Positions 11,891-27,849 are shown, numbered from the whole stretch's first letter. The stretch: DNA of 63,485 nucleotides, filler included, from Lenisia limosa (GCA_001655205.1; 13 parts of 13 records of this genome joined end to end with filler, not necessarily neighbours in it), one strand, 5' to 3'. The notes: generated by a model from the letters alone, not told the origin. Numbers and translations are program-made.

Positions 11891-13625
11891 CATTATTTTC
11901 TGGCTCTAATTTCCCCCCTTCAAGTTCTCTCAAACCTTTGATGCACATTGAAAATATAGGTGAAATGAGGTTAACAGGGTTAACTGACTTTCCTAATGCT
12001 AAAGAAAACGGCTGATATTTGAACAGTAGAATTTCTTGGTTGTATCTATTAATTATGTGACAAAAGCAAAAAAAAATATATAGGTAGTCGAAAAGAGTTC
12101 CAATCATTCACGAAGCAAAATTTTGAGGAGTCTCTCGGAATTTGAGAGTGCATCCATAGCGCTTTTTTTTGACAAAACGTTTGTTTGACCCATATAAATT
12201 AACTGTAGCTATACGTATAATACTGTGATGAATGATTAATCTTCTTTTTTTTCAGTGTTTCAGCAAGATAACGTTACATTTCCTTGAACTTCATTGCTTA
12301 TTGAATTAGAGCCCAACAAGAGCTTGAGAAGTCAATGAAGAACACTCATCTAACCACAAGATTGTGGTAACCACAAGGTCTATCTTTTTATTTCATGTTT
12401 TTTACCTATGTATTATTGTTACTATTATTTCGGAGATCATTTTTGGTGGTTATATTTCATTTTGTGATGTTTACTTACAGAGCATTGTTAGTTACCTTTG
12501 ATTATCTTTACTAACATCAGTTAATAAAAACTAGATATAGTATAGTATAGTACTATTAAATAAACCTAGATTAACACTTCACTTTGTCGTGTTCATCTAC
12601 AAGGTTAGAAAAGATGGAAATTCCTTGTGTATTAGCAGACAAAATTGGTTCAATGAAAAAATTATTCTTGTCAAATACAATCATCGACGGACTCTGATAG
12701 TAAGACGTCTTATCGACCCAATATACATTGGATATTATCACAGTCACAGACCCCCCAACTGATTGGATCGTTTTGAGAGCCCGAGACGCTCTGATGCCTG
12801 GGGCTAATAAGGCAAGTACATGTGCAGATCTGAGGGAGTTCGAGGCAGGTGGTGTCTACAAAACATGATGGGTGATAAAACCCTGTTTGGGTGTTATTTC
12901 GACACTTCAATGGCATATTACTGTGGTGTTCTGTTTTCAAAGTGACTGTCGAAAAATCCTCGATAAACATCGACAGTTTATAGTAATATACTCTTCAATA
13001 TATGTTTCTCATTTTATTAAGTGTGGGCCATTTAATCAAATGCTAGTGTACTGCTTTTCAGCTGCTTTTGCTTCGTTATATTCATGAAAATACCTAAAAC
13101 GCAAACAACGAATCGACATAACCGTCAACCCTTCAATGACATAGCTGTTAAATACTTTCATTGACTTTGTTTTGGCACACTCTATGAAGTATCTTTGAAA
13201 ATATCAACAAAACGTTGATTTTCCATCTTTTAAATTCAAGTTTGCCGTAGAACTATAAAAATACGATTCTGTTGATCTTAATTAACAATTATTCAAGCAA
13301 CCTGATGTATTAATTACCATTCAAAAACTGTACGAATGAAAGAAATAAATATTGAAACATTCTTCGCTGACGTCCAGATTATACCCCCAAAAATGCTGAC
13401 TTGTATCCCCATATTTACCCACACATAGTATCTAAATATCCCTTATAAGCGTGATGGTGTGGACAGCTTCGGCCAGATACAACCTTATTTTTCATTTCTC
13501 ATTGCTATAATATATCATATAGTATATAGTATAATATAGCATAAAGTTATAATCATATATATATATATCATATACAATATTNNNNNNNNNNNNNNNNNNN
13601 NNNNNNNNNNNNNNNNNNNNNNNNN

Positions 13626-13637
13626 TTAATTAATTAA
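13626..13637. other. Artificial contig-joining linker TTAATTAATTAA between 44-N pads (first of 12)
   Basis: The identical 100-bp construct recurs at 22383, 27894, 29551, 31245, 32455, 39334, 41617, 45884, 51419, 57554 and 62116. It has stops in all six frames. Confidence 0.97.
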
Positions 13638-13681
13638 NNNNNNNNNNNNNNNNNNNNNNNNNNNNNNNNNNNNNNNNNNNN

Positions 13682-16600
13682 TTTGAGTTGTTGAAAGGTC
13701 AAGGAATGGGGGGTATGACCATAACCTCAAAAGAGCAATCGTTTCAAGGTTGGAAATTGGGTTAAAAAGGAGATTATTGAGAAATGATAAAAGGTCGTAT
13801 TTGACCTCTTTAAGGCTGGATCTGGCCGAAGCCGTCATCTGTTTTACAAAGAATATGATACCGCGAAACTTCACGCCACTTCATAGCTGTTTCTTCGACT
13901 CTTCATTTCAAGCACAAGATCCCCCTCACTTGCAGCGACAGGGCTTTCAGTAATAGACTCNNNNNNNNNNNNNNNNNNNNNNNNNNNNNNNNNNNNNNNN
14001 NNNNNNNNNNNNNNNNNNNNNNNNNNNNNNNNNNNNNNNNNNAGTGCCACCAATCGCCTTCATAGCCATAGTCGACCGTCTTCTGTTGTGCTTGACTGCA
14101 TCGTTTTCCAACTTGGAGTTGGCCTGGGAGAGACGCGCAACCTAATGCGTGAAGACTTGGCACCTAGCGGATATATGTGACAACTGCCGCCCTGCAACTA
14201 ATTTATAGAGGAAATTAATTGACATATATTACATGTACTATACTTACATGTACATGTATTATCATTATACAATATCGATATATATAATATATGATATCAT
14301 ATCGATATCATATGTAAATAAATATGTTATAAGTACAGTGTCCGAAATAGGGTTTTGCTAACATTATCACATCATATGATGTGTCCCACTTCAAATTTCA
14401 CAAACTCAAAATTAATTGCACAGGGTACAACGTAACGGATCTAAAAATAGAATATATGATATGGACTAAAAAAATTTGAAGATTATAATTTTTCACCCTC
14501 CCTTAGAGTCTCACCCCCGCAACCTACCTCAGCCTTGAGCATTTCAATCTGCTCCTGGAACTCCTCGTTAGCTGGGGCGGCGGTGGCGGGAGTGGCGATG
14601 GAAGGTGAGAGGTTCGTCTCGATCGTGGGCACTTGCTCGCTGTATTGCTGCAGGGGGTGGGGGGTAAGGCTGGAAATTGATGTCACAAAAAAGCCCACAA
14701 TCAACTCTGTTGACTGACAACACACAAGGGTTGATAACAATAAAACAAACAAAGTCCGACCAGTCGCTTCTGCAGCACCGCATCCCATCACTCCAGCGGG
14801 GGTGGGGGAGTGGAGTTGTACTACTGACCAACTGGGCCGATATACATATTATATGTTGCAAAAAGCAAGATAAAGTCCAGGCTTGTTATATTCTGCAGCA
14901 TTTGTTTTAGAATTGGACAGTTGGAGTACAATTCCGATATATGAAACAAATAGACAGTGGAAAAATATCTTCAAGAAAGAGAAGAGGGTGACCTACCATT
15001 CCAGCCCTGCGGAAAGAACTCAGAAGGGACGATACTGGGAAGGTTAATACGGGGTGGGGGTAGGGCTGGGGGGATGCGAGGTCAATGAGGGGGAATAANN
15101 NNNNNNNNNNNNNNNNNNNNNNNNNNNNNNNNNNNNNNNNNNNNNNNNNNNNNNNNNNNNNNNNNNNNNNNNNNNNNNNNNNNNNNNNNNNNNNNNNNNN
15201 NNNNNNNNNNNNNNNNNNNNNNNNNNNNNNNNNNNNNNNNNNNNNNNNNNNNNNNNNNNNNNNNNNNNNNNNNNNNNNNNNNNNNNNNNNNNNNNNNNNN
15301 NNNNNNNNNNNNGACAGAATTTTCCGAGAAGAAGCCATGCCTGTGTCCTAAATGATTAAACACAAGCCGCATTAATGATCAGGTTTTAGACAGTTATACA
15401 CACTATACGTGGTTCGGTTGTCATGAACTCTTTTTTGAGGGGAAATTGGATTCAAGTAGTCCAATACCATATAATATTGCATGTACTACAGCACAGAAGA
15501 TGACTTGTATAATACTGTGCAAAAAAAAAACAAAAACAATAAAGACAACAACACAACCCCCCAACTCCAGGACTTTGTCAGCGCCTTGAAGAGCCACAAG
15601 CTGCTGCATGACAAACACAAACTGAGCCTCAAGAGGGCTGCCCTTGATACGCGAACGCAGCGACGCAAACAGCCGATCCGGGTTACTGGGGGGGGGGGAT
15701 TTTATGAANNNNNNNNNNNNNNNNNNNNNNNNNNNNNNNNNNNNNNNNNNNNNNNNNNNNNNNNNNNNNNNNNNNNNNNNNNNNNNNNNNNNNNNNNNNN
15801 NNNNNNNNNNNNNNNNNNNNNNNNNNNNNNNNNNNNNNCAGTCGATCCGCCGCTTGACGTTAATTCGTCTTCATCAGCAGCAAGTTCTTCGTTAAACACT
15901 TCAAGTTGGGTGGAGATCTCCTCGGCTCCTCGCAGGCTTTGTTTCTAAAGAGATGAGATTGCCATTACGGTGAGGATGGTTAATAAGGTGAGGATGGATG
16001 GATACATTGCTGAAAAGGTAACGTCCGCACATACTGTAGGGGGAGGGAACGTGTTTGAATATTGGGCGGGACGATATGGGGGAGGGAATGTTTTCAAATA
16101 CACCACCCCCCCCCCAAAAAAAAAAAAAAAAAAAANNNNNNNNNNNNNNNNNNNNNNNNNNNNNNNNNNNNNNNNNNNNNNNNNNNNNNNNNNNNNNNNN
16201 NNNNNNNNNNNNNNNNNNNNNNNNNNNNNNNNNNNNNNNNNNNNNNNNNNNNNNNNNNNNNNNNNNNNNNNNNNNNNNNNNNNNNNNNNNNNNNNNNNNN
16301 NNNNGGTTCGTTTCGCCGTTAATGAGAACGTTTGTCATGGCAAGAACTGATCCCTAAGGCGGTCAGGATGGAGGGATGCTTATTAGGATGGCGAAAAGCC
16401 CAGGTTCTATCAAAAAAAGAAAACAGTCTAAGGAAAGAAGCGACTAGGAATGTTACGTAATAGAGACTTCACTGAACCGTTTTGCTGTCATCCTCCCCAC
16501 ATACCACGATTTTACTGTCTTCATTGGGACTCAGAAGCAGTGCAACTGGCTCAAAACGCAGCTTGAAGCCTGCGGAGGGGGGGGGGTAAATGAAAAATGA

Positions 16601-19168
16601 AACAAAACCTCTTGAATCACTCTGTTGGCTAACATCATNNNNNNNNNNNNNNNNNNNNNNNNNNNNNNNNNNNNNNNNNNNNNNNNNNNNNNNNNNNNNN
16701 NNNNNNNNNNNNNNNNNNNNNNNNNNNNNNNNNNNNNNNNNNNNNNNNNNNNNNNNNNNNNNNNNNNNNNCCTAGAAGGTAACAGGTGAAGAAAGGGGAA
16801 GAAAACATCTTGAATGAATGAAGATGGATGACGATTGTTTTCTGTTTTTTTTAGTTTGATTGAAGTACAACTTTGGTCCCCCCACATACGCATATGCTGT
16901 AGGGTCCAGGAGTGAACAGGCACCGATCAGTTCGCACACAAGACACACGACCCTCATCTTGTCCACAGGGTACACTGTAATGTTATGAGATGCTGCTGAA
17001 GTGGATCAATGACTGTGATGAAAGAAATACAGAGACTGGGATAAGTCTTGACCGATTTGCAATGTGATTTCCCAAGGAAAATAGGTCAAGACTTACTCCC
17101 CCCCCCCNNNNNNNNNNNNNNNNNNNNNNNNNNNNNNNNNNNNNNNNNNNNNNNNNNNNNNNNNNNNNNNNNNNNNNNNNNNNNNNNNNNNNNNNNNNNN
17201 NNNNNNNNNNNNNNNNNNNNNNNNNNNNNNNNNNNNNNNCATATATATTTATCAAGGAATAATCAGGAAATTCAGTCTTTAGATATGATGATAGCTATGT
17301 ATGTAGTATATGACATAACTTGCTTCCAGTTGATGAATGAAGCTATTACATTTGTTAAACGATAAAGGACAAGTAATGAAGTGTTTCAAAATGGGTAATG
17401 AGAAGAAATTGAACGATATAAAGAGGGAGAGGGAGTGTCAGTGTCAGTGCTAAGGAAGATCTCAGGTGAAGGTAAAATGATTTTGAAATATTATCATATG
17501 TGTTTGTGTGTGGAGAGGGGATGTATTGATTTATGTAGATGTACGTATGTTTGTGGACCAAATAGTGTGAGCGCAATAACAATCACTCTTGCGACATACA
17601 AAGGAATTTGACGAGCTGGGTGAAGGAAGACTGTACAGAAATCATTGAGGGAAGGCCGGCCTAAATGCTTAGTCATTTTCGCGGCGATTTTGGTCATATA
17701 ATACTGTTACACATGAATACCACCGAAAAAAAAAATAAAAAAAATACGGTACCACATTTATATATAAATGGAACCATCATATCGGTAACTCAACACACGA
17801 GGCCCGTCCCACTTCGCAGTTCAGCACAGAGCGGAGGATGTGCAGTAACTTCGGATACATGGCCCCGTCTTTTTCGGATACTTTCCTGTCGGGTAAGTCA
17901 AAGTTCAACGTCTGAAAGACAGCTGAAGAGAATTTTACAGTCCAAAGTTGAATAATTACTTGCCTATTCATATATTATAGAATATCTATTTGCTTATTCA
18001 TAGAATTATGACAATGCTGTTGTAACATAATACACCCCCCCCCCAATAGCAGGGCAACGGCGATATTCAATGCTCACTTTGATGGTTTGAATCCTTTGAG
18101 AATGTCGACGATGGAAGAGATGGCACCAGCCTTGATGAAGGTACGCAGCCAGTTCACTGGACGAAGTGAGCAGAAATGACAGTCGTATGAAGTCATAAAA
18201 AATAAAAGTAATAGGCTAATAGAACTAATTGTGGTGATAAAGATGAAGGAACGATAAAGAATAAGATCATTTTACACATCGGTCCGACTGTGGTTAGTAT
18301 TCAGTTGCCACATGGTAACACCAATGCTCCTTCAGTAAATAATATAATAGAGTGATAAAATTACTATTTTCATGACATTTGGTAGATAAATACTTGGAGA
18401 AAGAAAGAGAGCAGAAGCCCCTCACATGAGCAAGTTGACGTGACCACCATAAGGGGACTGTATTTCGCGGACTACAAACATCAAAATCAAAACATTGACA
18501 ACGTCACTGTGAAATAACCCAATTGAGACAGAATTGTCCTAAGGAGAAAAATGCCAGGGAAAAAACCCCCAGTTTTCCCACCATTTTCTTGCGTAGAACC
18601 ACGATGGCTTCTTCAGGGGTCATTCCACCCTCACTTTCAACTACATCCTCCTCGCCAGTCTAAGAGTGAGGATCTTCTTCAGAGAGCAGGGTTGAATTGG
18701 AGAGAAATGAATAAAGTGTGTATCTGGCCCATTACATTTATATGCGGATTATTGTTCTCGGCTGTCAACCCAGCACCTCCTCCGCTAGATCAAAGGGAAC
18801 AGGCAGTATTACTAATTAATTGGGTAGTTCAGATTGAATTACAGAGATGCCTGGGAATAAAGGAATGTGAAAACCACCATCAAACAATTTCCCACAAACA
18901 AGGAAGAAGTTTCTTCTTGGATTATCCTTGAGCAAGTCCCACTTCTTCTCGGGGGGAAGGTTGAGAAGAGCATCTCGTTTCTCACCTGTCAAATGGCACT
19001 CGTCCTGCGAAGCGTGAAAAAACGGGAAACCAAGTTTCTCACCGCAAAACGTCCAATTGCCAATGACAAGGTCTCTGGATCCACTGTTTCATCAGTGGGA
19101 GTAGTTACCTGGGGCTCGCTTTCCGAAGATTTCTTGTCTTTGTCTTTGCCTTTTGAAAATATTCCCAT
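13682..19168 (-). CDS. Diaphanous-related formin-type N-terminal half (GBD + FH3 + coiled coil); 3'-truncated by the contig end
   Basis: Exons read MGIFSKGKDKDKK..., GEKRDALLNLPPEKKWDLLK (GBD start), LRPVNWLRTFIKAGAISSIVDIL, LLHILRSVLNCE, VVCLVCELIGACSL, GSVLAMTNVLING, STQLEVFNEELAADEDEL and PDRLFASLRSRIKGSPLEAQFVFVMQQLV (FH3), then EEFQEQIEMLKAE|VARLSQANSKLE. Confidence 0.8.
14650..14800 (-). repeat. Repeat D: sense-oriented repeat at intron 3' ends
   Basis: GCTGGAGTGATGGGATGCGGTGCTGCAGAAGCGACTGG...GTGTGTTGTCAGTCAACAGAGTTGATTGTGGGCTTTTTTGT, directly before the acceptor. Related copies at 21525-21617, 31330-31385 (-), 39390-39432, 54995-55128 and 62737-62850. Confidence 0.85.
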
Positions 19169-19370
19169 GGTCGGTCTCAATCACAACTGCTATTATACGT
19201 CTGATTAAGGGCCTCAAAAAAATGAAAATGAAAAAAAAAATGAAAAATTAAACCCACATTTTGGACAAAATGCTCCCCACTATTTTTAAGCTTTTCCGTC
19301 GAAGAAAGGACGCCTTTTCATGTATTAAGCCATAGCACAGTATTTTCAATACTCTTAAGAAACTGTAATC

Positions 19371-22179
19371 ATGGCAGAGCATGCCCAGAACCGCTTGAGT
19401 ACCCCTCTGCGGTATGCGATCAATTCAAGGAGACCCTTGACCCCCACCTCCTCCTCTGCAACGCCAGAAGTGCATACTAGACCTTCTCTGCCAACCCCTA
19501 TCCGCCAGTCCATCCAGAAAACCCTCGAACCCACCACCCCCTCCACTAACGACTATCGATCATCAGCTACGCCTCTTCTCAGGCGGCTCTCCATGTCCAC
19601 ATCTGTCCCAACCACCCCAACTCTTGCCACAAGCCAGTCCGTTTTTTCAACCGTATCGCCAGATATGGCTGCATTTTACTCGCCAGGTTTGTGGGTGAGA
19701 TCTCTTTGTGCCGTTTAATGTGGTAACGGACGGTTGTTATCGCATAACTGAACAACGATTTGACCCTCGTTGTTGGTTGTAAATAAACTTGTTTTTATAA
19801 ATGAGGTCTATGATGCTAAATGTGATGATTTTTAAAAAATCCTCTTCCCAGTCAGGTAATAACTGTTATTAACAAGAGATAGTGGTATCTTTCCCCAATT
19901 TGAGACATTTCTTCTTGACCATCCATTTTGACGTCTCACTCCAAACTTCATGGGTGTATCGTATTCTCTTGACAGCGCTCACCTCACAGCGCACTCCACC
20001 GCAGTCACACCCATGAAACCGTTCACACCCCGCACCGTGCCTCCCACGCCATCAGGTTCGACATCGGCTTTTTTCTGGCCAACCTTTTGGAAACGTTTTT
20101 ACTGCATAGTGTCAGAGTTGATGTTATAAAATAAGAAAATAGCACACCAATGTAAACTGCTTATTTTTTAAAAAAAAACAAAGGTTCCACACCCATCCAG
20201 AATGTTTCAACTATTCTTGGAATCTTGGATCATAAACATGTTACCGTAACACAAAATATTAGTCTCCAGTATGATAACCCCCTTCTACTTCTATTTTTGA
20301 CTGTTTCCATAATGAACATTATGAACAAAAATCTGTCCACATTACTTCAAGCTTCAAGTCAGTTATCAAATCTTAAAGCTATTAGACATCTTTTCAATGT
20401 TTCTGACAAAACGGTATTAATAACTCCCCCCATCTAGACGAAGAAAAGATCAATCTTCGAGCCCGTCTGAGCGAAGCGGAAGCTGCTCTCACGGCCGCGC
20501 ATGACGATATCAACGAGGCCAGGGAACTGGCAAGAAACCTTGAGGAGCAGCTGAAAGTGGGGCTCATATTGGTATTTACAGTTATTTTAACTATGGCTAG
20601 TATTAACTAGTATCCACTTTTATTTTTCCACAGTGATATAGTGTCCATATATATGTGTGGTCAATCCAAAGATAACATGATGACGTACCGCATGCCTTCC
20701 ACAACACATAACAAGGGAGTATAAATGTGTATCAGTGGTGCGTATTGTCACTTCTCGTCTGGAGGTTTTCGCTCCTTCCCAAGCATTAAACAGGTCTACA
20801 TCATCATGACCTTGGTGTTATCCCCCTGTAGTCTGCCCCGGCGCCGAATATGGACGTTGAGGCAGCAATTGCGGCTGCGCAAGAAGCTGGCGCAACGCGT
20901 GAACGTACCCTCAGAAGGAAAGTCGAGGTGGGTATGGTGTAGGGTATTATTCAGTGGACGCGAAAGTTGCAGTTTAAGAATAGAAAGAGCGATTCAAGAG
21001 AACCAATATTTATGGTGGCTGCATTTTGATTCTTCTATTCGTGAATCCGGAATAAAACTGTGATACATACATACAATTATCAAAATTTACCCTTGCTCAG
21101 GTACGGCTGCATGACACCACCAAAGAGCTTGAGGAGCAGCTTGGAGTGTTGGAGGGCATGAAGCAAAGTATGTTCCGAGCAGAGCGCAGCGCGCATGACG
21201 CCAAAACCGAGCTTGCTTCGCAGCAACAGATGTTTGACAGTCTCCAGAACTTCGCGAATACCAAGACTCAGGAACTCCAGGTGGGTGCTTGGCCTGGTGT
21301 TTCATAGGGTCCAATTCCTGGCCTGGTTTATCATCGGTCCGAATTCGTTACTGGCTCTGCATCCTTTTCTGCCTTATGTTCCTCTCCCCTCTCCCCTACC
21401 CTCCCTTTATTGGGTTCAAGTTGGGTGATTTCGGGGTGTTGCCTTCGGTTTCTTTCCATTCAAATACAATATTCGTGACATTCCTTTTCTTCACTCCAAT
21501 TTTGCGATATTTTGTTCTTGAACGTGTGTTCTTAGCAGACAGAGTTGATTTTGGGTTTTTTTGTTTCCAATATCTTCCAATCGCTCACTCTGCATCAAAA
21601 TCTCATCCTCCCCAGCACCTGTCCGAAGAGTCCAACAGCAGAATAACAGCGCTGAATGACCAGCTTGCCGCTTCGCGCCACGAGGCTGAAATGAGTGCAG
21701 TGCGCGCCGAAAAGATTGCTGAGCTCGAAGGTACTCTTGTTGAGAGTGAACGCAACGTCAACGCGCAAATTGAAGAACGTAATCACGTCATCGAAGGCCT
21801 TTTGTCGGACAATGATATGATCACCCGTCACGTGACCACTTTGGAATGCGATGCCGAGGCATACAAGGCTCGGATAGCGGACCTGGAAACAGGTTTGGCC
21901 CGCGCAAAGGACCAAGTGTCTTCTTCTCAAAACGAAACCGAAGAAGCGATCACTGATCTCAAGAACAGTCTCGAGTCCTCCATTGCTGACGTCACCCGTT
22001 TGGAAGTCGAAGTTTCCCAGGCTATGACCGCCAATCAGAACCTTGAGCAGCTTGTGGGGCAGAAGGAGCTTGAAATTGAGCAGCTTGCAGCGGAGAAAGA
22101 GGCTATAAGCGATTTGAACAGTCAGTTTGAGGCTGAGCGCCATAGCCTTCTTGACCATATTGAAAATCTCAAAAACCAG
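19371..22179 (+). CDS. Hypothetical protein with S/T/P-rich N-terminus and long coiled coil; 3'-truncated
   Basis: Exon 1 MAEHAQNRLSTPLRY...AAFYSP. Later exons: EEKINLRARLSEAEAALTAAHDDINEARELARNLEEQLK and the long heptad-rich exon 21618-22179 (ITALNDQLAASRHEAE...LLDHIENLKNQ). Confidence 0.75.
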
Positions 22180-22438
22180 GTCTGGCGGGTTTTATATGAG
22201 GGCTTTGAGGTCTGCTTTAGTCAAACATAACGTTTTACTACCTCTTCATGTGATTTAATCTAGTTTACTAAAGAGGTTGATGCGTTTTTGAAGTGCAAGT
22301 AGAATATTGAATACAATCTCCAAATACATTGTATATACNNNNNNNNNNNNNNNNNNNNNNNNNNNNNNNNNNNNNNNNNNNNTTAATTAATTAANNNNNN
22401 NNNNNNNNNNNNNNNNNNNNNNNNNNNNNNNNNNNNNN

Positions 22439-25297
<2,859 letters not shown>

Positions 25298-25817
25298 CAC
25301 TTAATCTGGCTTAGATTCCTAGAGTCGTTGCTAAAACAACACAATCAAGGACTCATTGTCCTTCATCAGAGAAAATATTGCGGCTAGCCATTTCAGTTCC
25401 ACTCCTAACACTTCAATTCTTCATTTATAAAAAAATGCTCTTTTGTACAAACACAAACTTAAGTCAATAATATGTGTAGGCGTAGACCAGCGAGCTCAGG
25501 CGAGGCTGAAAACAGCTGATACCATCCGATAATCCGAGCCATCCTCATCCTGGTGTCTCATTGCAGCCAGATTGTACAGCTGCATTACAGTTGTTTTCAA
25601 GTTGCTTTACAGTTGTTGTAAGTTGGTTGTAGGATTTTGTTTTGTTTGTCAATTGTTTGTTTGTTCAGTGTTTGTTTGTACCACCTGGTTGGCACTGAGT
25701 TGGGAGTTCATGCTTAATAAAATAGACATTGATAGTGTAGAATATAAATACAAGCCACAGCAAAGCAAAGGAAAACAGGAAGAAAAACAATGAAACACAC
25801 AAAAAATATGGATGAGG

Positions 25818-27849
25818 TTAGAGACGGTAATTCATCTCCTTTGTCGCTTCGTCTGATTCGAAATTGGGCACAAAATTTATGGTCTATAATTGATTAATCA
25901 AAATCGGGATGAAGAGGAACATAAAGCAATATAGAGTCAGTGATGGTGGTAAGTCTTGACCGACATAATCTCACCTTGATTTCAGTAAACCCTTCGAGAA
26001 GGGAGGGGTGTTCCAAGTTCTTTTTGAACATATTGTAGGCCATGTCAGGGACTCGCGCGCCTCCGCGTAACTGAAACAATCAGTCCAGGTTAGAACCCGT
26101 GCTAGAGTTAGATGGAATGGGTCTTATTATTGTTACATGAAACCGATGTGATTGTTTTCGACAATTTTCACATTGGATAATCTACAACCAGCCAAATTTA
26201 CCAAAATGTCGTATGACCTACCCCTCTAATGACATTGCAGTGTTTAGCAAGATCGATGGAAGAGCTCATTTTGAAAAGTCTCACTGGTATTCCTAGAGAA
26301 ATCAATTGGCAGTATAAGATGGAGCATAAAAATACAGGGTGTCTATGGTTCAAGTGGTTGTGCTCACGAGAACAACATAACCCAAAATCACCTTTAGAAG
26401 TAGCCATGTCTACGTAGACCTTCCTTGAATTCTAAATGAAGGGTGAAAGAATGAATTTTATCTTATTAAATGAAATTTCAAATATCCATTATTAAGTAAA
26501 AGAAAACTCTACATCCCCACATCAACCCCTACCTTGCTCGGGAAGGTATTGTCAATGACAATGCTCTTGCCCGCGCTCAACTCCTGGCGTGCTGCCGCCT
26601 CACATTTTGGACCAGTTTTGAGTATGTCCTACGGTATTAAGCTTTGGTAGAATAGTTTTGACTTTTGCCATATTGTCATAATTCAAGTTTTAGGTATGAA
26701 AAAATATACAATAAAACTGTACCCACTCTGTTGATATACGAGTACGAAGAAAGATGTTTGGTAGCAAAGTGAGACTTGCCACTGGCCGGACAGCCATGCA
26801 TCAGTACAACTTCTACAAGGGTCAATAAAGGAGAGCGGGCTATGATACTATATGATATGTTAGAATACTATCAGAACCTTAACGTGCAAAAGGAAAACAC
26901 TATCAAGGATTCAACAAAACACCAAAACACAATAAATTGGTTTGACTGGATGCGGTCGCTACACACGACCCAAACCTTGGCTGGGTGCCACCATAGCTGG
27001 TAATTCTGGTTCGTAGAGAGGCTGATCTAAAAGAGTAAGAAGTGTTACCAGGAGGATAACAACACAACTAGTAAGCGCAAATAATAATTAGAGCTTCACT
27101 TTCGGTTCCAAAAGACTGAAAAAATCGATATTTATCGAGATTCATTCTTTTTAGCTCTAATAATAAGAGCCTACTGACCTTTCATTTGTGAAAACTCAGT
27201 GGGGTCGAAGCCTCCCCATTCCCAGGCGCTGGTTTCGGGCTGCCCAAGGAAAAAGGCCTCGGGGGTGTGAAAGGCGATACCAACATTGTTGGCAAACTTC
27301 CTGTTTGTGAAGAGTTGATGGATGTGACTAAATTTTACGCTTCATCTCATTACAATGTATCAGCGAAGCTTCGATAATAGTATAATTTAACACAACAAAA
27401 ATCACCACCTACCTATCAGAACAGCTGAAATCTTTCTTTTTTCCCTTTTGCCAACCCTGCAGTCTTCCTGGGAGGTCAAAAAAAAAACCACTCTGAGAGT
27501 ATCCAGGTAACCCACCAGAAGTTGCTTTTTTTGAGAAATTTAATTGACTATTGAAATGTGTGTAATAATATTCTGATTTACAAAATAATTAACACAGAGT
27601 TAAAAGTTGTAATATCCACAGCAGCATCAACTTTAAAATTTGATCAATTATCATGAAAATTAAATAAGACCACCATTTCCCTCTCAAAAGTATAGAACCA
27701 GAAAATCAAACATTCCCAGCTTACCAGCGGCGTCACCAACATAATAGCTGTTGCTAAGGCAAACTGTAAATGTAAAGAAGTTCAGTGTAAAGATAAACTG
27801 ATAAGGAAAACTGTAACGAATTTCCAACCATACCACCAAATGGTACCTT
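25818..27849 (-). CDS. PNKP: Bifunctional polynucleotide 3'-phosphatase/5'-kinase; 5'-truncated
   Basis: YVGDAAG|R...KKKDFSCSD|RKFANNVGIAFHTPEAFFLG (HAD phosphatase), EVVLMHGCPASGKSHF (P-loop), GKSIVIDNTFP and VPDMAYNMFKKNLEHPSLLEGF; ends NYRL-TAA. Confidence 0.93.

Noticed and set aside
12240-13400. Coding-like fragments (LRARDALMPGANK...; YFIECAKTKSMKVF...)
   Set aside because: No consistent strand, frame or motif could be assembled.
14700-14800. Repeats C and D as box C/D snoRNAs (GTGATGG resembles box C)
   Set aside because: No terminal CTGA box D or terminal stem was found. They are retained only as unexplained repeats.
15481-15948. Plus-strand ORF MYYSTEDD...
   Set aside because: It overlaps formin FH3 exons on the minus strand and runs through an N gap.
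21595-22158. 187-aa minus-strand ORF
   Set aside because: It is antisense to a well-formed coiled-coil exon and has no independent motif.
22383-22394. TTAATTAATTAA as a biological motif
   Set aside because: It is always centred in exactly 44+44 N, so it is an assembly linker.
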